Source of the DNA: Nemertoderma westbladi
Taxonomy: Eukaryota; Animalia; Xenacoelomorpha
Assembly: GCA_032718475.1 (NCBI GenBank)
Contig: JAUCBJ010009113.1
Coordinates: forward strand, 1 to 64,000
Direction of reading: 5' to 3'
DNA: 64,000 nucleotides
Positions 50,069 through 64,000 of this stretch are shown in pieces. The position numbers and the translations under genes are program-made. The notes beneath the pieces were generated by a model. The model had not been told where the DNA came from, did no database searches, and saw only the letters and a program-made list of their open reading frames with translations. Position 1 is the first letter of the stretch. Each line of letters opens with the position of its first letter.

Positions 50069-51579
50069 ATACGTGCTGCGCGAAGTCCCCACGAACGTGT
50101 TGGTGGTGTGTGGGTATAGGTGAGTTACTAATGTCGAATTTCTCACACATAAATAAGATTATGTGTGGGTGTGTTGACATGAGTTTGGTGTCAAATCCTC
50201 TCACACAAAAATGGGGGTGTCGATTCTCTGCTCACACAGAAATAAGATTGGTTGTGTTGGTGGGATGACATGATTTACTGGTACCAATAATCTCACACAC
50301 GATATTTATAAACTATGAGAGAAATTTAAACAGTGCTAGGTGCTGTAGCTATATATTCCTGCTAATTGCTGCTTTTCCTGTCTTCTAAAATAATCAATGC
50401 TACCCTAGCGACTTGAAGTAGACTAAGTCTGCGGTACATACTAAAATATACAGTAGAACGACGGCTGTAGAACGACAAACAGTGCTGGGCATAGCGGCTG
50501 TTTGAATTTCCCACCTACTGTAATATTTGAATATCATAAACAAATACTGTAGAATGTGAGAGGATTCACACCAGTAACTCATATCAACCCCCCTCGCCCC
50601 TCACTATTTATGTGTGAGTGTGAGAAGATCGACAGTGTATTATTACTGTCAGTCAATCCAACACACTCAAACGTATTTATATGTGTGAGATGATTAACAA
50701 CGTCATGTCATTCCTTTCACAGAAACCACTTGAGTGTGAGAGGAGCGGCATGGCAGTTGTCGTAGGCCTATTCATTAGCATAGAATACTGGAATAGCCTG
50801 CGATCGTATTTACCTATCGTATTTGAGTCAATCATATGCGCTGCTCCTGTCACAAGCTTAGCCAATAGTATCTACATCATTGTCCAGAATAGGGTGTTTC
50901 CCTTCACTTCTATGGGGCTTTCTATTATTCCTACCTGTCCCAAATACGTTGTCTAATGATTTCCAACCTGTCCAATATAGGGGCATCCAATCAAATCATC
51001 ATATGAGCCAACTCCTCTTCATCGGACCAATACCAACATTCCTAAAGTTAGGCATCTCCCTTATTGGCTATATAATGTAAAGGTTAATGGAAAATTCCAC
51101 TGATATATAATCCAAGTGTCAACTACGAATCCAGGGCTCATTATAACAACCTATACTGGACAGAGCAACATATTTGGGACAAGAGCTGGTTGAGGTATAT
51201 GTACAGTGGAAATTCCCATTCTAAATAAGGGCATTTGGAGTACTTGTTCCCTAGTTATGGTTAAAGATATACTGTGGGTGCCTTGCAAATGGCCTGTAAG
51301 ACTGTGATGCATTATAGGCTATAGTGTCATCATAGTCACGTTATTTAATTTAATGTTGTACAATTTATTCATATTTTGCAATTTATCATGTTGTGCAATT
51401 TATTCATTATGCAATTTATTCATTGTGCAATTTATTCATGTGGTGCAATTTATTCACTTATAATAAATCTAAATACATTCGTATATTAATAATTAAATGA
51501 CAATCAAATTAGTGATATCGCAACCTCCTCCCCCGGACTCAACTTCATCCCAAATAGTCCTTAATAAGTCTTAAATTTG

Positions 51580-53883
51580 AATCAAATAGGTTGTTAGTGT
51601 CTCATATAGGGTGTTTGTGTCCCATATACGTTGATTTTATCCAAAATAGCCTGTAGCTTTATCAAAATTATTTCAAATGGTTTATAAATGTAAAGGAATA
51701 CTGAAAAGAATATTGACTTCATAATCATAGCTTTACTTCCAATTTGTCCCAAATAGGTTGTTTATGTCCCATATAGGGTGTTTGTGTCCCACACAGGGTG
51801 TTTTTATACCAAATAGCATGTAACTTTCTCAAAATGATTTTACATCGTTTATAAATATGATGGAAATACTCAAAAGAAAATAGAATTCACTATCATAGCT
51901 TTAATTTAAATTTTAATTAAAAGTTTGTCCCAAATAGGATGTTTTTGTCCCATATAGGGTGTTTGTGTCCCGTATAGAGTGTGAATTGCTTATAATGATT
52001 TCAAATAGTTTCTAAATGTAATGGAATACTCAAAAGAATATAGAATTCACTATCATAGCTTTAATTTCAATTTGTCCCAAATAGGTTGTTTTTGTCCCAT
52101 ATAGGGTGTTTGTGTCCCGTATAGGGTGTGAATTGCTTATAATGATTTCAAATATTTTCTAAATGTAATGGAATACTCAAAAGAATATAGAATTCACTAT
52201 CATAGCTTTGTAGGGTCCCATATAGGGTGTTTGTGTCCCAAATTGCGTGTGACTTTCTCAAAATGATTTTACATAGTTTATAAATATAATGGAATACTCA
52301 AAAGAAAATAGAATTCACTATCATAGCTTTAATTTCAATTTGTCCCAAATAGGTTGTTTTTGTCCCATATAGGGTGTTTGTGTCCCAAATAGCGTGTTAC
52401 TTTCAAAAAATGATTTTAATTAGTTTCTAAATCTCATGGAATACTCAAAAGAATATAGAATTCACTACCATAGCTTTAATTTCAATTTGTCCCAAATAGG
52501 TTGTTTTTGTCCCATATAGGGTGTTTGTGTCCCGTAAAGGGTGTGAAATGCTTATAATAGATTTCAAATAGTTTCAAAATGTAATGGAATACTCAAAAGA
52601 ATATAGAATTCACTATCATAGCTTTAATTTAAATTTGTCCCAAATAGGTTGTTTTTGTCCCACATAGGGTGTTTGTGTGCCAAATAGCGTGTGACTTTCT
52701 CAAAATTATTTTACATAGTTTATAAATATAATGGAATACCGTACTTAAAAGAAAATATAATTCACTATCATTTTTTCTTTAATTTAAATTTGTCCCAAAT
52801 AGGTTGTTTGTGTCCTGTATAGGATGTTTCTGTCCTGAATAGGGGAATACAGCTTGCCAACACATTGTTGCTGAATAGGGTGTACATTTCTTATAATGAT
52901 TTTATTTAAATAGTTTCTAAATGTAATGGAATACTCAAAAGAATATAGAATTCACTATCAGAGCGTTAATTTAAATTTGTTCCAAATATGTTGTTTGTGT
53001 CCCAAACTAGATGTTTGTGTCCTATATAGGGTGTTTTTGTCCCATATAGCGTGTGACTTTCTCAAAATGATTTTAAATAGTTTCTAAATCTCATGGAATC
53101 ATCAAAAGAATATAGAATTCACTACCATAGCTTTAATTTCAATTTGTCCCAAATGGGTTGTTTTTGTCCCATATAGGGTGTTTGTGTCCCGTATAGGGTG
53201 TGTTTTGCTTATGATGATTTCCAATAGTTTCTAAATGTAGGGGAATACTCAAAAGAATAGCGAATTCACTACCATAGCTTTAATTTCAATTTGTCCCAAA
53301 TAGGTTGTTTTTGGCCCATATAGGGTGTTTATGTCCCGTATAAGGTGTTTGTATCCCAAATAGCGTGTAACTTTCTCAAAATGATTTTAAATAGTTTCTA
53401 AATCTCATGGAATCCTCAAAAGAATATAGAATTCACTACCATAGATTTAATTTCAATTTGTCCCAAATGGGTTGTTTTTGTCCCATATAGGTTGTTTGTG
53501 TGCCAAATAGCGTGTGACTTTCTCAAAATGATTTTACATAGTTTATAAATATAATGGAATACTTAAAAGAAAATATAATTCACTATCATTTTTTCTTTAA
53601 TTTAAATTTGCCCCAAATAGGTTGTTTGTGTCCTGTATAGGGTGTTTCTGTCCTGAATAGGGGAATACAGCTTGCCAAACACATTGTTGCTGAATAGGGT
53701 GTACATTTCTTATAATGATTTTAAATAGTTTCTAAATGTAATGGAATACTCAAAAGAAAATATAATTCACTATCATAGCTTTAATTTAAATTTGTCACAA
53801 ATAGCTTGTTTATGTCCCATATAGGGTGTTTGTGTCCGAAATGGCGTGTGACTTTCTCAAAATGATTTTACATAGTTTATAAA
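51580..53883 (-). repeat. Left satellite arm, ~15 diverged ~147-bp monomers
   Basis: TTTGTCCCAAATAGGTTG...GTCCCATATAGGGTGTTTGTGTCCC, the reverse complement of the right-arm units. Confidence 0.92.
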
Positions 53884-53904
53884 GAAAAAATATTTTTTTT
53901 ATTA

Positions 53905-56900
53905 TTCCATTATATTTATAAACTATGTAAAATCATTTTGAGAAAGTCATACGCTATTTGGGACACAAACACCCTATATGGGACACAAACACCCTATATG
54001 GGACATAAACAACCTATTTGGGACAAATTTAAATTAAAGCTATGATACTGAATTATATTTTCTTTTGAGTATTCCATTATATTTATAAACTATGTAAAAT
54101 CATTTTGAGAAAGTCACACGCTATTTGGGACACAAACACCCTATATGGGACACAAACACCCTATATGGGACATAAACAACCTATTTGGGACAAATTTAAA
54201 TTAAAGCTATGATAGTGAATTCTATATTCTTTTGAGTATTTCCATTATATTTATAAACTATGTAAAATAATTTTGAGACAGTCATAAGCTATTTGGCACA
54301 CAAACACCCTATATGGGACAAAAACAACCTATTTGGGACAAATTTAAATTAAAGCTATGATACTGAATTATATTTTCTTTTGAGTATTCAATGAGATTTA
54401 GAAACTAATTAAAATCATTTTGAGAAAGTAACACGCTATTTGGGACACAAACACCCTATATGGGACACAAACAACCTATTTGGGACAAATTTAAATGAAA
54501 GCTATGATATTGAATTCTATTTTCTTTTGAGTATTCCATTACATTTCGAAACTATTTGGAATCATTATAAGCACTTCACACCCTATACTGGACACAAACA
54601 CCCTATATGGGACACAAACAACCTATTTGGGACAAATTTAAATTAAAGCTATGATAGTGGATTCTATATTCTTTTGAGTATTCCACTACATTTCGAAACT
54701 ATTTGAAATCTATTATAAGCACTTCTCACCCTTTACGGGACACAAACACCCTATATGGGACAAAAACAACCTATTTGGGACAAATTTAAATTAAAGCTAT
54801 GATACTGAATTATATTTTCTTTTGAGTATTCCATGAGATTTAGAAACTAATTAAAATCATTTTGAGAAAGTAACACGCTATTTGGGACACAAACACCCTA
54901 TATGGGACACAAACAACCTATTTGGGACAAATTTAAATGAAAGCTATGATAGTGAATTCTATTTTCTTTTGAGTATTCCATTACATTTCGAAACTATTTG
55001 GAATCATTATAAGCACTTCACACCCTATACTGGACACAAACACCCTATATGGGACACAAACAACCTATTTGGGACAAATTTAAATTAAAGCTATGATAGT
55101 GGATTCTATATTCTTTTGAGTATTCCACTACATTTCGAAACTATTTGAAATCTATTATAAGCACTTCTCACCCTTTACGGGACACAAACACCCTATATGG
55201 GACAAAAACAACCTATTTGGGACAAATTTAAATTAAAGCTATGATACTGAATTATATTTTCTTTTGAGTATTCCATGAGATTTAGAAACTAATTAAAATC
55301 ATTTTGAGAAAGTAACACGCTATTTGGGACACAAACACCCTATATGGGACACAAACAACCTATTTGGGACAAATTTAAATGAAAGCTATGATAGTGAATT
55401 CTATTTTCTTTTGAGTATTCCATTACATTTCGAAACTATTTGGAATCATTATAAGCACTTCACACCCTATACTGGACACAAACACCCTATATGGGACACA
55501 AACAACCTATTTGGGACAAATTTAAATTAAAGCTATGATAGTGGATTCTATATTCTTTTGAGTATTCCACTACATTTCGAAACTATTTGAAATCTATTAT
55601 AAGCACTTCTCACCCTTTACGGGACACAAACACCCTATATGGGACAAAAACAACCTATTTGGGACAAATTTAAATTAAAGCTATGATACTGAATTATATT
55701 TTCTTTTGAGTATTCCATGAGATTTAGAAACTAATTAAAATCATTTTGAGAAAGTAACACGCTATTTGGGACACAAACACCCTATATGGGACACAAACAA
55801 CCTATTTGGGACAAATTTAAATGAAAGCTATGGTAGTGAATTCTATTTTCTTTTAAGTATTCCATTACATTTCGAAACTATTTGGAATCATTATAAGCAC
55901 TTTACACCCTATACCGGACATAAACACCCTATATGGGACAAAAACAACCTATTTGGGACAAATTTAAATTAAAGCTATGATACTGAATTATATTTTCTTT
56001 TGAGTATTTCATGAGATTTAGAAACTAATTAAAATCATTTTGAGAAAGTAACACGCTATTTGGGACACAAACACCCTATATGGGACACAAACAACCTATT
56101 TGGGACAAATTTAAATTAAAGCTATGATAGTGGATTCTATTTTCTTTTTGAGTATTTCCATTATATTTATAAACTATGTAAATTCATTTTGAGAAAGTCA
56201 CACATAATTTGGGACACAAACACCCTATATGGGACACAAACACCCTATATGGGACATAAACAACCTATTTGGGACAAATTTAAATTAAAGCTATTATACT
56301 GAATTATATTTTCTTTTGAGTATTCCATTATATTTATAAAGTATGTAAAATCATTTTGAGAAAGTCACACGCTATTTGGTACACAAACACCCTATATGGG
56401 ACACAAACACCCTATATGGGACATAAACAACCTATTTGGGACAAATTTAAATTAAAGCTATGATAGTGAATTCTATATTCTTTTGAGTATTCCATTACAT
56501 TTCGAAACTATTTGAAATCTATTATAAGCACTTCACACCCTTTACGGGACACAAACACCCTATATGGGACAAAAACAACCTATTTGGGACAAATTGAAAT
56601 TAAAGCTATGGTAGTGAATTCTATTTTCTTTTTAGTATTCCATTACATTTCGAAACTATTTGGAATCATTATAAGCACTTCACACCCTATTCCGGACACA
56701 AACACCCTATATGGGACACAAACAACCTATTTGAGTCAAATTTAAATTAAAGCTATGATAGTGGATTCTATTTTCTTTTGAGTATTTCCATTATATTTAT
56801 AAACTATGTAAAATAATTTTGAGAAAGTCATACGCTATTTGGCACACAAACACCCTATATGGGACAAAAACAACCTATTTGGGACAAATTTAAAGTAAAG

Positions 56901-59900
56901 CTATGATACTGAATTATATTTTCTTTTGAGTATTCCATGAGATTTAGAAACTAATTAAAATCATTTTGAGAAAGTAACACGCTATTTGGGACACAAACAC
57001 CCTATATGGGACACAAACAACCTATTTGGGACAAATTTAAATGAAAGCTATGATAGTGAATTCTATTTTCTTTTAAGTATTCCATTACATTTCGAAACTA
57101 TTTGGAATCATTATAAGCACTTCACACCCTATACCGGACATAAACACCCTATATGGGACACAAACAACCTATTTGGGACAAATTTAAATTAAAGCTATGA
57201 TAGTGGATTCTATTTTCTTTTTGAGTATTTCCATTATATTTATAAACTATGTAAATTTATTTTGAGAAAGTCACACATAATTTGGGACACAAACACCCTA
57301 TATGGGACACAAACACCCTATATGGGACATAAACAACCTATTTGGGACAAATTTAAATTAAAGCTATGATAGTGGATTCTATTTTCTTTTGAGTATTTCC
57401 ATTATATTTATAAACCATGTAAAATAATTTTGAGAAAGTCATACGCTATTTGGCACGCAAACACCCTATATGGGACAAAAACAACCTATTTGGGACAAAT
57501 TTAAATTAAAGCTATGATACTGAATTATATTTTCGTTTGTTTATTCCATTATATTTATAAACTATGTAAAATCATTTTGAGAAAGTCACACGCTATTTGG
57601 GACACAAACACCCTATATGGGACACAAACACCCTATATGGGACATAAACAACCTATTTGGGACAAATTTAAATTAAAGCTATGATAGTGGATTCTATTTT
57701 CTTTTGAGTATTTCCATTATATTTATAAACTATGTAAAATAATTTTGAGAAAGTCATACGCTATTTGGCACACAAACACCCTATATGGGACAAAAACAAC
57801 CTATTTGGGACAAATTTAAATTAAAGCTATGATACTGAATTATATTTTCTTTTGAGTATTCCATGAGATTTAGAAACTAATTAAAATCATTTTGAGAAAG
57901 TAACACGCTATTTGGGACACAAACACCCTATATGGGACACAAACAACCTATTTGGGACAAATTTAAATGAAAGCTATGATAGTGAATTCTATTTTCTTTT
58001 AAGTATTCCATTACATTTCGAAACTACTTGGAATCATTATAAGCACTTCACACCCTATACCGGACATAAACACCCTATATGGGACACAAACAACCTATTT
58101 GGGACAAATTTAAATTAAAGCTATGATAGTGGATTCTATTTTCTTTTTGAGTATTTCCATTATATTTATAAACTATGTAAATTCATTTTGAGAAAGTCAC
58201 ACATAATTTGGGACACAAACACCCTATATGGGACACAAACACCCTATATGGGACATAAACAACCTATTTGGGACAAATTTAAATTAAAGCTATGATACTG
58301 AATTATATTTTCTTTTGAGTATTCCATTACATTTCGAAACTATTTCGAATCATTATAAGCACTTCACACCCTATACCGGACACAAACACCCTATATGGGA
58401 AACAAACAACCTATTTGGGACAAATTTAAATTAAAGCTATGATAGTGGATTCTATTTTCTTTTGAGTATTTCCATTATATTTATAAACTATGTAAAATCA
58501 TTTTGAGAAAGTCATACGCTATTTGGCACACAAACACCCTATATGGGACAAAAACAACCTATTTGGGACAAATTTAAATTAAAGCTATGATACTGAATTA
58601 TATTTTCTTTTGAGTATTCCATTACATTTCGAAACTATTTCGAATCATTATAAGCACTTCACACCCTATACCGGACACAAACACCCTATATGGGAAACAA
58701 ACAACCTATTTGGGACAAATTTAAATTAAAGCTATGATAGTGGATTCTATTTTCTTTTGAGTATTTCCATTATATTTATAAACTATGTAAAATAATTTTG
58801 AGAAAGTCATACGCTATTTGGCACACAAACACCCTATATGGGACAAAAACAACCTATTTGGGACAAATTTAAATTAAAGCTATGATACTGAATTATATTT
58901 TCTTTTGAGTATTCCATGAGATTTAGAAAATAATTAAAATCATTTTGAGAAAGTAACACGCTATTTGGGACACAAACACCCTATATGGGACACAAACAAC
59001 ATATTTGGGACAAATTTAAATGAAAGCTATGATAGTGAATTCTATTTTCTTTTAAGTATTCCATTACATTTCCAAACTATTTGGAATCATTATAAGCACT
59101 TCACACCCTATACCGGACATAAACACCCTATATGGGACACAAACAACCTATTTGGGACAAATTTAAATTAAAGCTATGATAGTGGATTCTATTTTCTTTT
59201 TGAGTATTTCCATTATATTTATAAACTATGTAAATTCATTTTGAGACAGTCACACATAATTTGGGACACAAACACCCAATATGGGACACAAACACCCTAT
59301 ATGGGACATAAACAACCTATTTGGGACAAATTTAAATTAAAGCTATGATAGTGGATTCTATTTTCTTTTGAGTATTTCCATTATATTTATAAACTATGTA
59401 AAATAATTTTGCGAAAGTCATACGCTATTTGGCACACAAACACCCTATATGGGACAAAAACAACCTATTTGGGACAAATTTAAATTAAAGCTATGATACT
59501 GAATTATATTTTCTTTTGAGTATTTCATGAGATTTAGAAACTAATTAAAATCATTTTGAGAAAGTAACACGCTATTTGGGACACAAACACCCTATATGGG
59601 ACACAAACAACCTATTTGGGACAAATTTAAATTAAAGCTATGATAGTGGATTCTATTTTCTTTTTGAGTATTTCCATTATATTTATAAACTATGTAAATT
59701 CATTTTGAGAAAGTCACACATAATTTGGGACACAAACACCCTATATGGGACACAAACACCCTATATGGGACATAAACAACCTATTTGGGACAAATTTAAA
59801 TTAAAGCTATTATACTGAATTATATTTTCTTTTGAGTATTCCATTATATTTATAAAGTATGTAAAATCATTTTGAGAAAGTCACACGCTATTTGGTACAC

Positions 59901-62900
59901 AAACACCCTATATGGGACACAAACACCCTATATGGGACATAAACAACCTATTTGGGACAAATTTAAATTAAAGCTATGATAGTGAATTCTATATTCTTTT
60001 GAGTATTCCATTACATTTCGAAACTATTTGAAATCTATTATAAGCACTTCACACCCTTTACGGGACACAAACACCCTATATGGGACAAAAACAACCTATT
60101 TGGGACAAATTGAAATTAAAGCTATGGTAGTGAATTCTATTTTCTTTTTAGTATTCCATTACATTTCGAAACTATTTGGAATCATTATAAGCACTTCACA
60201 CCCTATTCCGGACACAAACACCCTATATGGGACACAAACAACCTATTTGAGTCAAATTTAAATTAAAGCTATGATAGTGGATTCTATTTTCTTTTGAGTA
60301 TTTCCATTATATTTATAAACTATGTAAAATAATTTTGAGAAAGTCATACGCTATTTGGCACACAAACACCCTATATGGGACAAAAACAACCTATTTGGGA
60401 CAAATTTAAAGTAAAGCTATGATACTGAATTATATTTTCTTTTGAGTATTCCATGAGATTTAGAAACTAATTAAAATCATTTTGAGAAAGTAACACGCTA
60501 TTTGGGACACAAACACCCTATATGGGACACAAACAACCTATTTGGGACAAATTTAAATGAAAGCTATGATAGTGAATTCTATTTTCTTTTAAGTATTCCA
60601 TTACATTTCGAAACTATTTGGAATCATTATAAGCACTTCACACCCTATACCGGACATAAACACCCTATATGGGACACAAACAACCTATTTGGGACAAATT
60701 TAAATTAAAGCTATGATAGTGGATTCTATTTTCTTTTTGAGTATTTCCATTATATTTATAAACTATGTAAATTTATTTTGAGAAAGTCACACATAATTTG
60801 GGACACAAACACCCTATATGGGACACAAACACCCTATATGGGACATAAACAACCTATTTGGGACAAATTTAAATTAAAGCTATGATAGTGGATTCTATTT
60901 TCTTTTGAGTATTTCCATTATATTTATAAACCATGTAAAATAATTTTGAGAAAGTCATACGCTATTTGGCACGCAAACACCCTATATGGGACAAAAACAA
61001 CCTATTTGGGACAAATTTAAATTAAAGCTATGATACTGAATTATATTTTCGTTTGTTTATTCCATTATATTTATAAACTATGTAAAATCATTTTGAGAAA
61101 GTCACACGCTATTTGGGACACAAACACCCTATATGGGACACAAACACCCTATATGGGACATAAACAACCTATTTGGGACAAATTTAAATTAAAGCTATGA
61201 TAGTGGATTCTATTTTCTTTTGAGTATTTCCATTATATTTATAAACTATGTAAAATAATTTTGAGAAAGTCATACGCTATTTGGCACACAAACACCCTAT
61301 ATGGGACAAAAACAACCTATTTGGGACAAATTTAAATTAAAGCTATGATACTGAATTATATTTTCTTTTGAGTATTCCATGAGATTTAGAAACTAATTAA
61401 AATCATTTTGAGAAAGTAACACGCTATTTGGGACACAAACACCCTATATGGGACACAAACAACCTATTTGGGACAAATTTAAATGAAAGCTATGATAGTG
61501 AATTCTATTTTCTTTTAAGTATTCCATTACATTTCGAAACTACTTGGAATCATTATAAGCACTTCACACCCTATACCGGACATAAACACCCTATATGGGA
61601 CACAAACAACCTATTTGGGACAAATTTAAATTAAAGCTATGATAGTGGATTCTATTTTCTTTTTGAGTATTTCCATTATATTTATAAACTATGTAAATTC
61701 ATTTTGAGAAAGTCACACATAATTTGGGACACAAACACCCTATATGGGACACAAACACCCTATATGGGACATAAACAACCTATTTGGGACAAATTTAAAT
61801 TAAAGCTATGATACTGAATTATATTTTCTTTTGAGTATTCCATTACATTTCGAAACTATTTCGAATCATTATAAGCACTTCACACCCTATACCGGACACA
61901 AACACCCTATATGGGAAACAAACAACCTATTTGGGACAAATTTAAATTAAAGCTATGATAGTGGATTCTATTTTCTTTTGAGTATTTCCATTATATTTAT
62001 AAACTATGTAAAATCATTTTGAGAAAGTCATACGCTATTTGGCACACAAACACCCTATATGGGACAAAAACAACCTATTTGGGACAAATTTAAATTAAAG
62101 CTATGATACTGAATTATATTTTCTTTTGAGTATTCCATTACATTTCGAAACTATTTCGAATCATTATAAGCACTTCACACCCTATACCGGACACAAACAC
62201 CCTATATGGGAAACAAACAACCTATTTGGGACAAATTTAAATTAAAGCTATGATAGTGGATTCTATTTTCTTTTGAGTATTTCCATTATATTTATAAACT
62301 ATGTAAAATAATTTTGAGAAAGTCATACGCTATTTGGCACACAAACACCCTATATGGGACAAAAACAACCTATTTGGGACAAATTTAAATTAAAGCTATG
62401 ATACTGAATTATATTTTCTTTTGAGTATTCCATGAGATTTAGAAAATAATTAAAATCATTTTGAGAAAGTAACACGCTATTTGGGACACAAACACCCTAT
62501 ATGGGACACAAACAACATATTTGGGACAAATTTAAATGAAAGCTATGATAGTGAATTCTATTTTCTTTTAAGTATTCCATTACATTTCCAAACTATTTGG
62601 AATCATTATAAGCACTTCACACCCTATACCGGACATAAACACCCTATATGGGACACAAACAACCTATTTGGGACAAATTTAAATTAAAGCTATGATAGTG
62701 GATTCTATTTTCTTTTTGAGTATTTCCATTATATTTATAAACTATGTAAATTCATTTTGAGACAGTCACACATAATTTGGGACACAAACACCCAATATGG
62801 GACACAAACACCCTATATGGGACATAAACAACCTATTTGGGACAAATTTAAATTAAAGCTATGATAGTGGATTCTATTTTCTTTTGAGTATTTCCATTAT

Positions 62901-63810
62901 ATTTATAAACTATGTAAAATAATTTTGCGAAAGTCATACGCTATTTGGCACGCAAACACCCTATATGGGACAAAAACAACCTATTTGGGACAAATTTAAA
63001 TTAAAGCTATGATACTGAATTATATTTTCGTTTGTTTATTCCATTATATTTATAAACTATGTAAAATCATTTTGAGAAAGTCATACGCTATTTGGGACAC
63101 AAACACCCTATATGGGACACAAACACCCTATATGGGACATAAACAACCTATTTGGGACAAATTTAAATTAAAGCTATGATACTGAATTATATTTTCGTTT
63201 GTTTATTCCATTATATTTATAAACTATGTAAAATCATTTTGAGAAAGTCATACGCTATTTGGGACACAAACACCCTATATGGGACACAAACACCCTATAT
63301 GGGACACAAACAACCTATTTGGGACAAATTTAAATGAAAGCTATGATGGTGAATTCTATATTCTTTTGGGTATTCCATTACATTTCGAAACTATTTGAAA
63401 TCATTATAAGCACTTCACACCCTATACCGGACACAAACACCCTATATGGGACATAAACAACCTATTCGGGACAAATTTAAATTAAAGCTATGATAGTGGA
63501 TTCTATTTTCTTTTGAGTATTTCCATTATATTTATAAACTCGTAAAATCATTTTGAGAAAGTCATACGCTATTTGGGACACAACCACCCTATATGGGACA
63601 CAAACACCCTATATGGGACACAAACACCCTATATGGGACACAAACAACCTATTTGGGACAAATTTAAATGAAAGCTATGGTGGTGAATTCTATATTCTTT
63701 TGGGTATTCCATTACATTTCGAAACTATTCGAAATCATTATAAGCACTTCACACCCTATACGGGACACAAACACCCTATATGGGACACAAACAACCTATT
63801 TGAGTCAAAT
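53905..63810 (+). repeat. Right satellite arm, ~65 monomers of 147/148 or 167 bp with higher-order repeats
   Basis: Anchor GGACAAATTT at 54021, 54188, 54336, 54483, 54630 and 54778. A 442-bp trimer period and a 3516-bp duplication are evident from the ORF track offsets. Confidence 0.95.
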
Positions 63811-64000
63811 TTAAGACTTATTAAGGACTATTTGGGATGAAGTTGAGTCTGGGGGAGGAGGTTGCGATATCACTAATTTGATTGTCATTTAATTATTATT
63901 ATACGAATGTATTTAGATTTATTATATGTGAATAAATTGCACCACATGAATAAATTGCACAATGAATAAATTTGCACAACATGAATAAATTGCACAATAT

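Larger units (their letters stand above)
51340..64000. mobile_element. Foldback-like palindromic element with satellite arms (right end beyond window)
   Basis: Non-satellite segment ~51390-51600 is the reverse complement of ~63790-64000. Satellite orientation flips at ~53890 (AAAGAAAAAATATTTTTTTT). No coding region. Confidence 0.75.

Noticed and set aside
54440-63840. Repeated 68-95 aa ORFs (GHKHPIWDT...)
   Set aside because: Chance frames in satellite monomers.

Overview
AT-rich eukaryotic, probably animal, repeat-dense window with no intact host gene. From left to right: (1) the 3' tip of an LTR at 1-54; (2) the right end of a decayed Polinton/Maverick-like element (55-6157) carrying a pPolB N-terminal pseudogene, a Rep_trans-like gene broken by a 13-bp repeat expansion and a 46-bp subterminal array; (3) a ~10-kb 64-bp satellite built from the element's terminal junction; (4) an intronless type II membrane, mucin-stalk, fibrinogen-like pseudogene split by a 29-kb nest of two BEL/Pao LTR retrotransposons. 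The outer element (19197-48259, + strand) has TSD GACAC and a deleted pol; the inner element (23233-40131, - strand) has TSD CGGAC, non-canonical TA...TA ends and a nearly intact gag-pol; (5) a CTGT-microsatellite element with inverted repeats; (6) a >12-kb foldback-like palindromic satellite of 147/167-bp units. Most notable: neither BEL element has a TGG-type tRNA primer-binding site, and in both the post-LTR sequence is exactly complementary to a segment of its own LTR, suggesting self-priming. The inner element also carries an LTR-embedded tRNA-like Pol III unit, a dispersed RNA hairpin motif and a triple zinc-knuckle accessory ORF. All calls were made by eye; no database searches were run.
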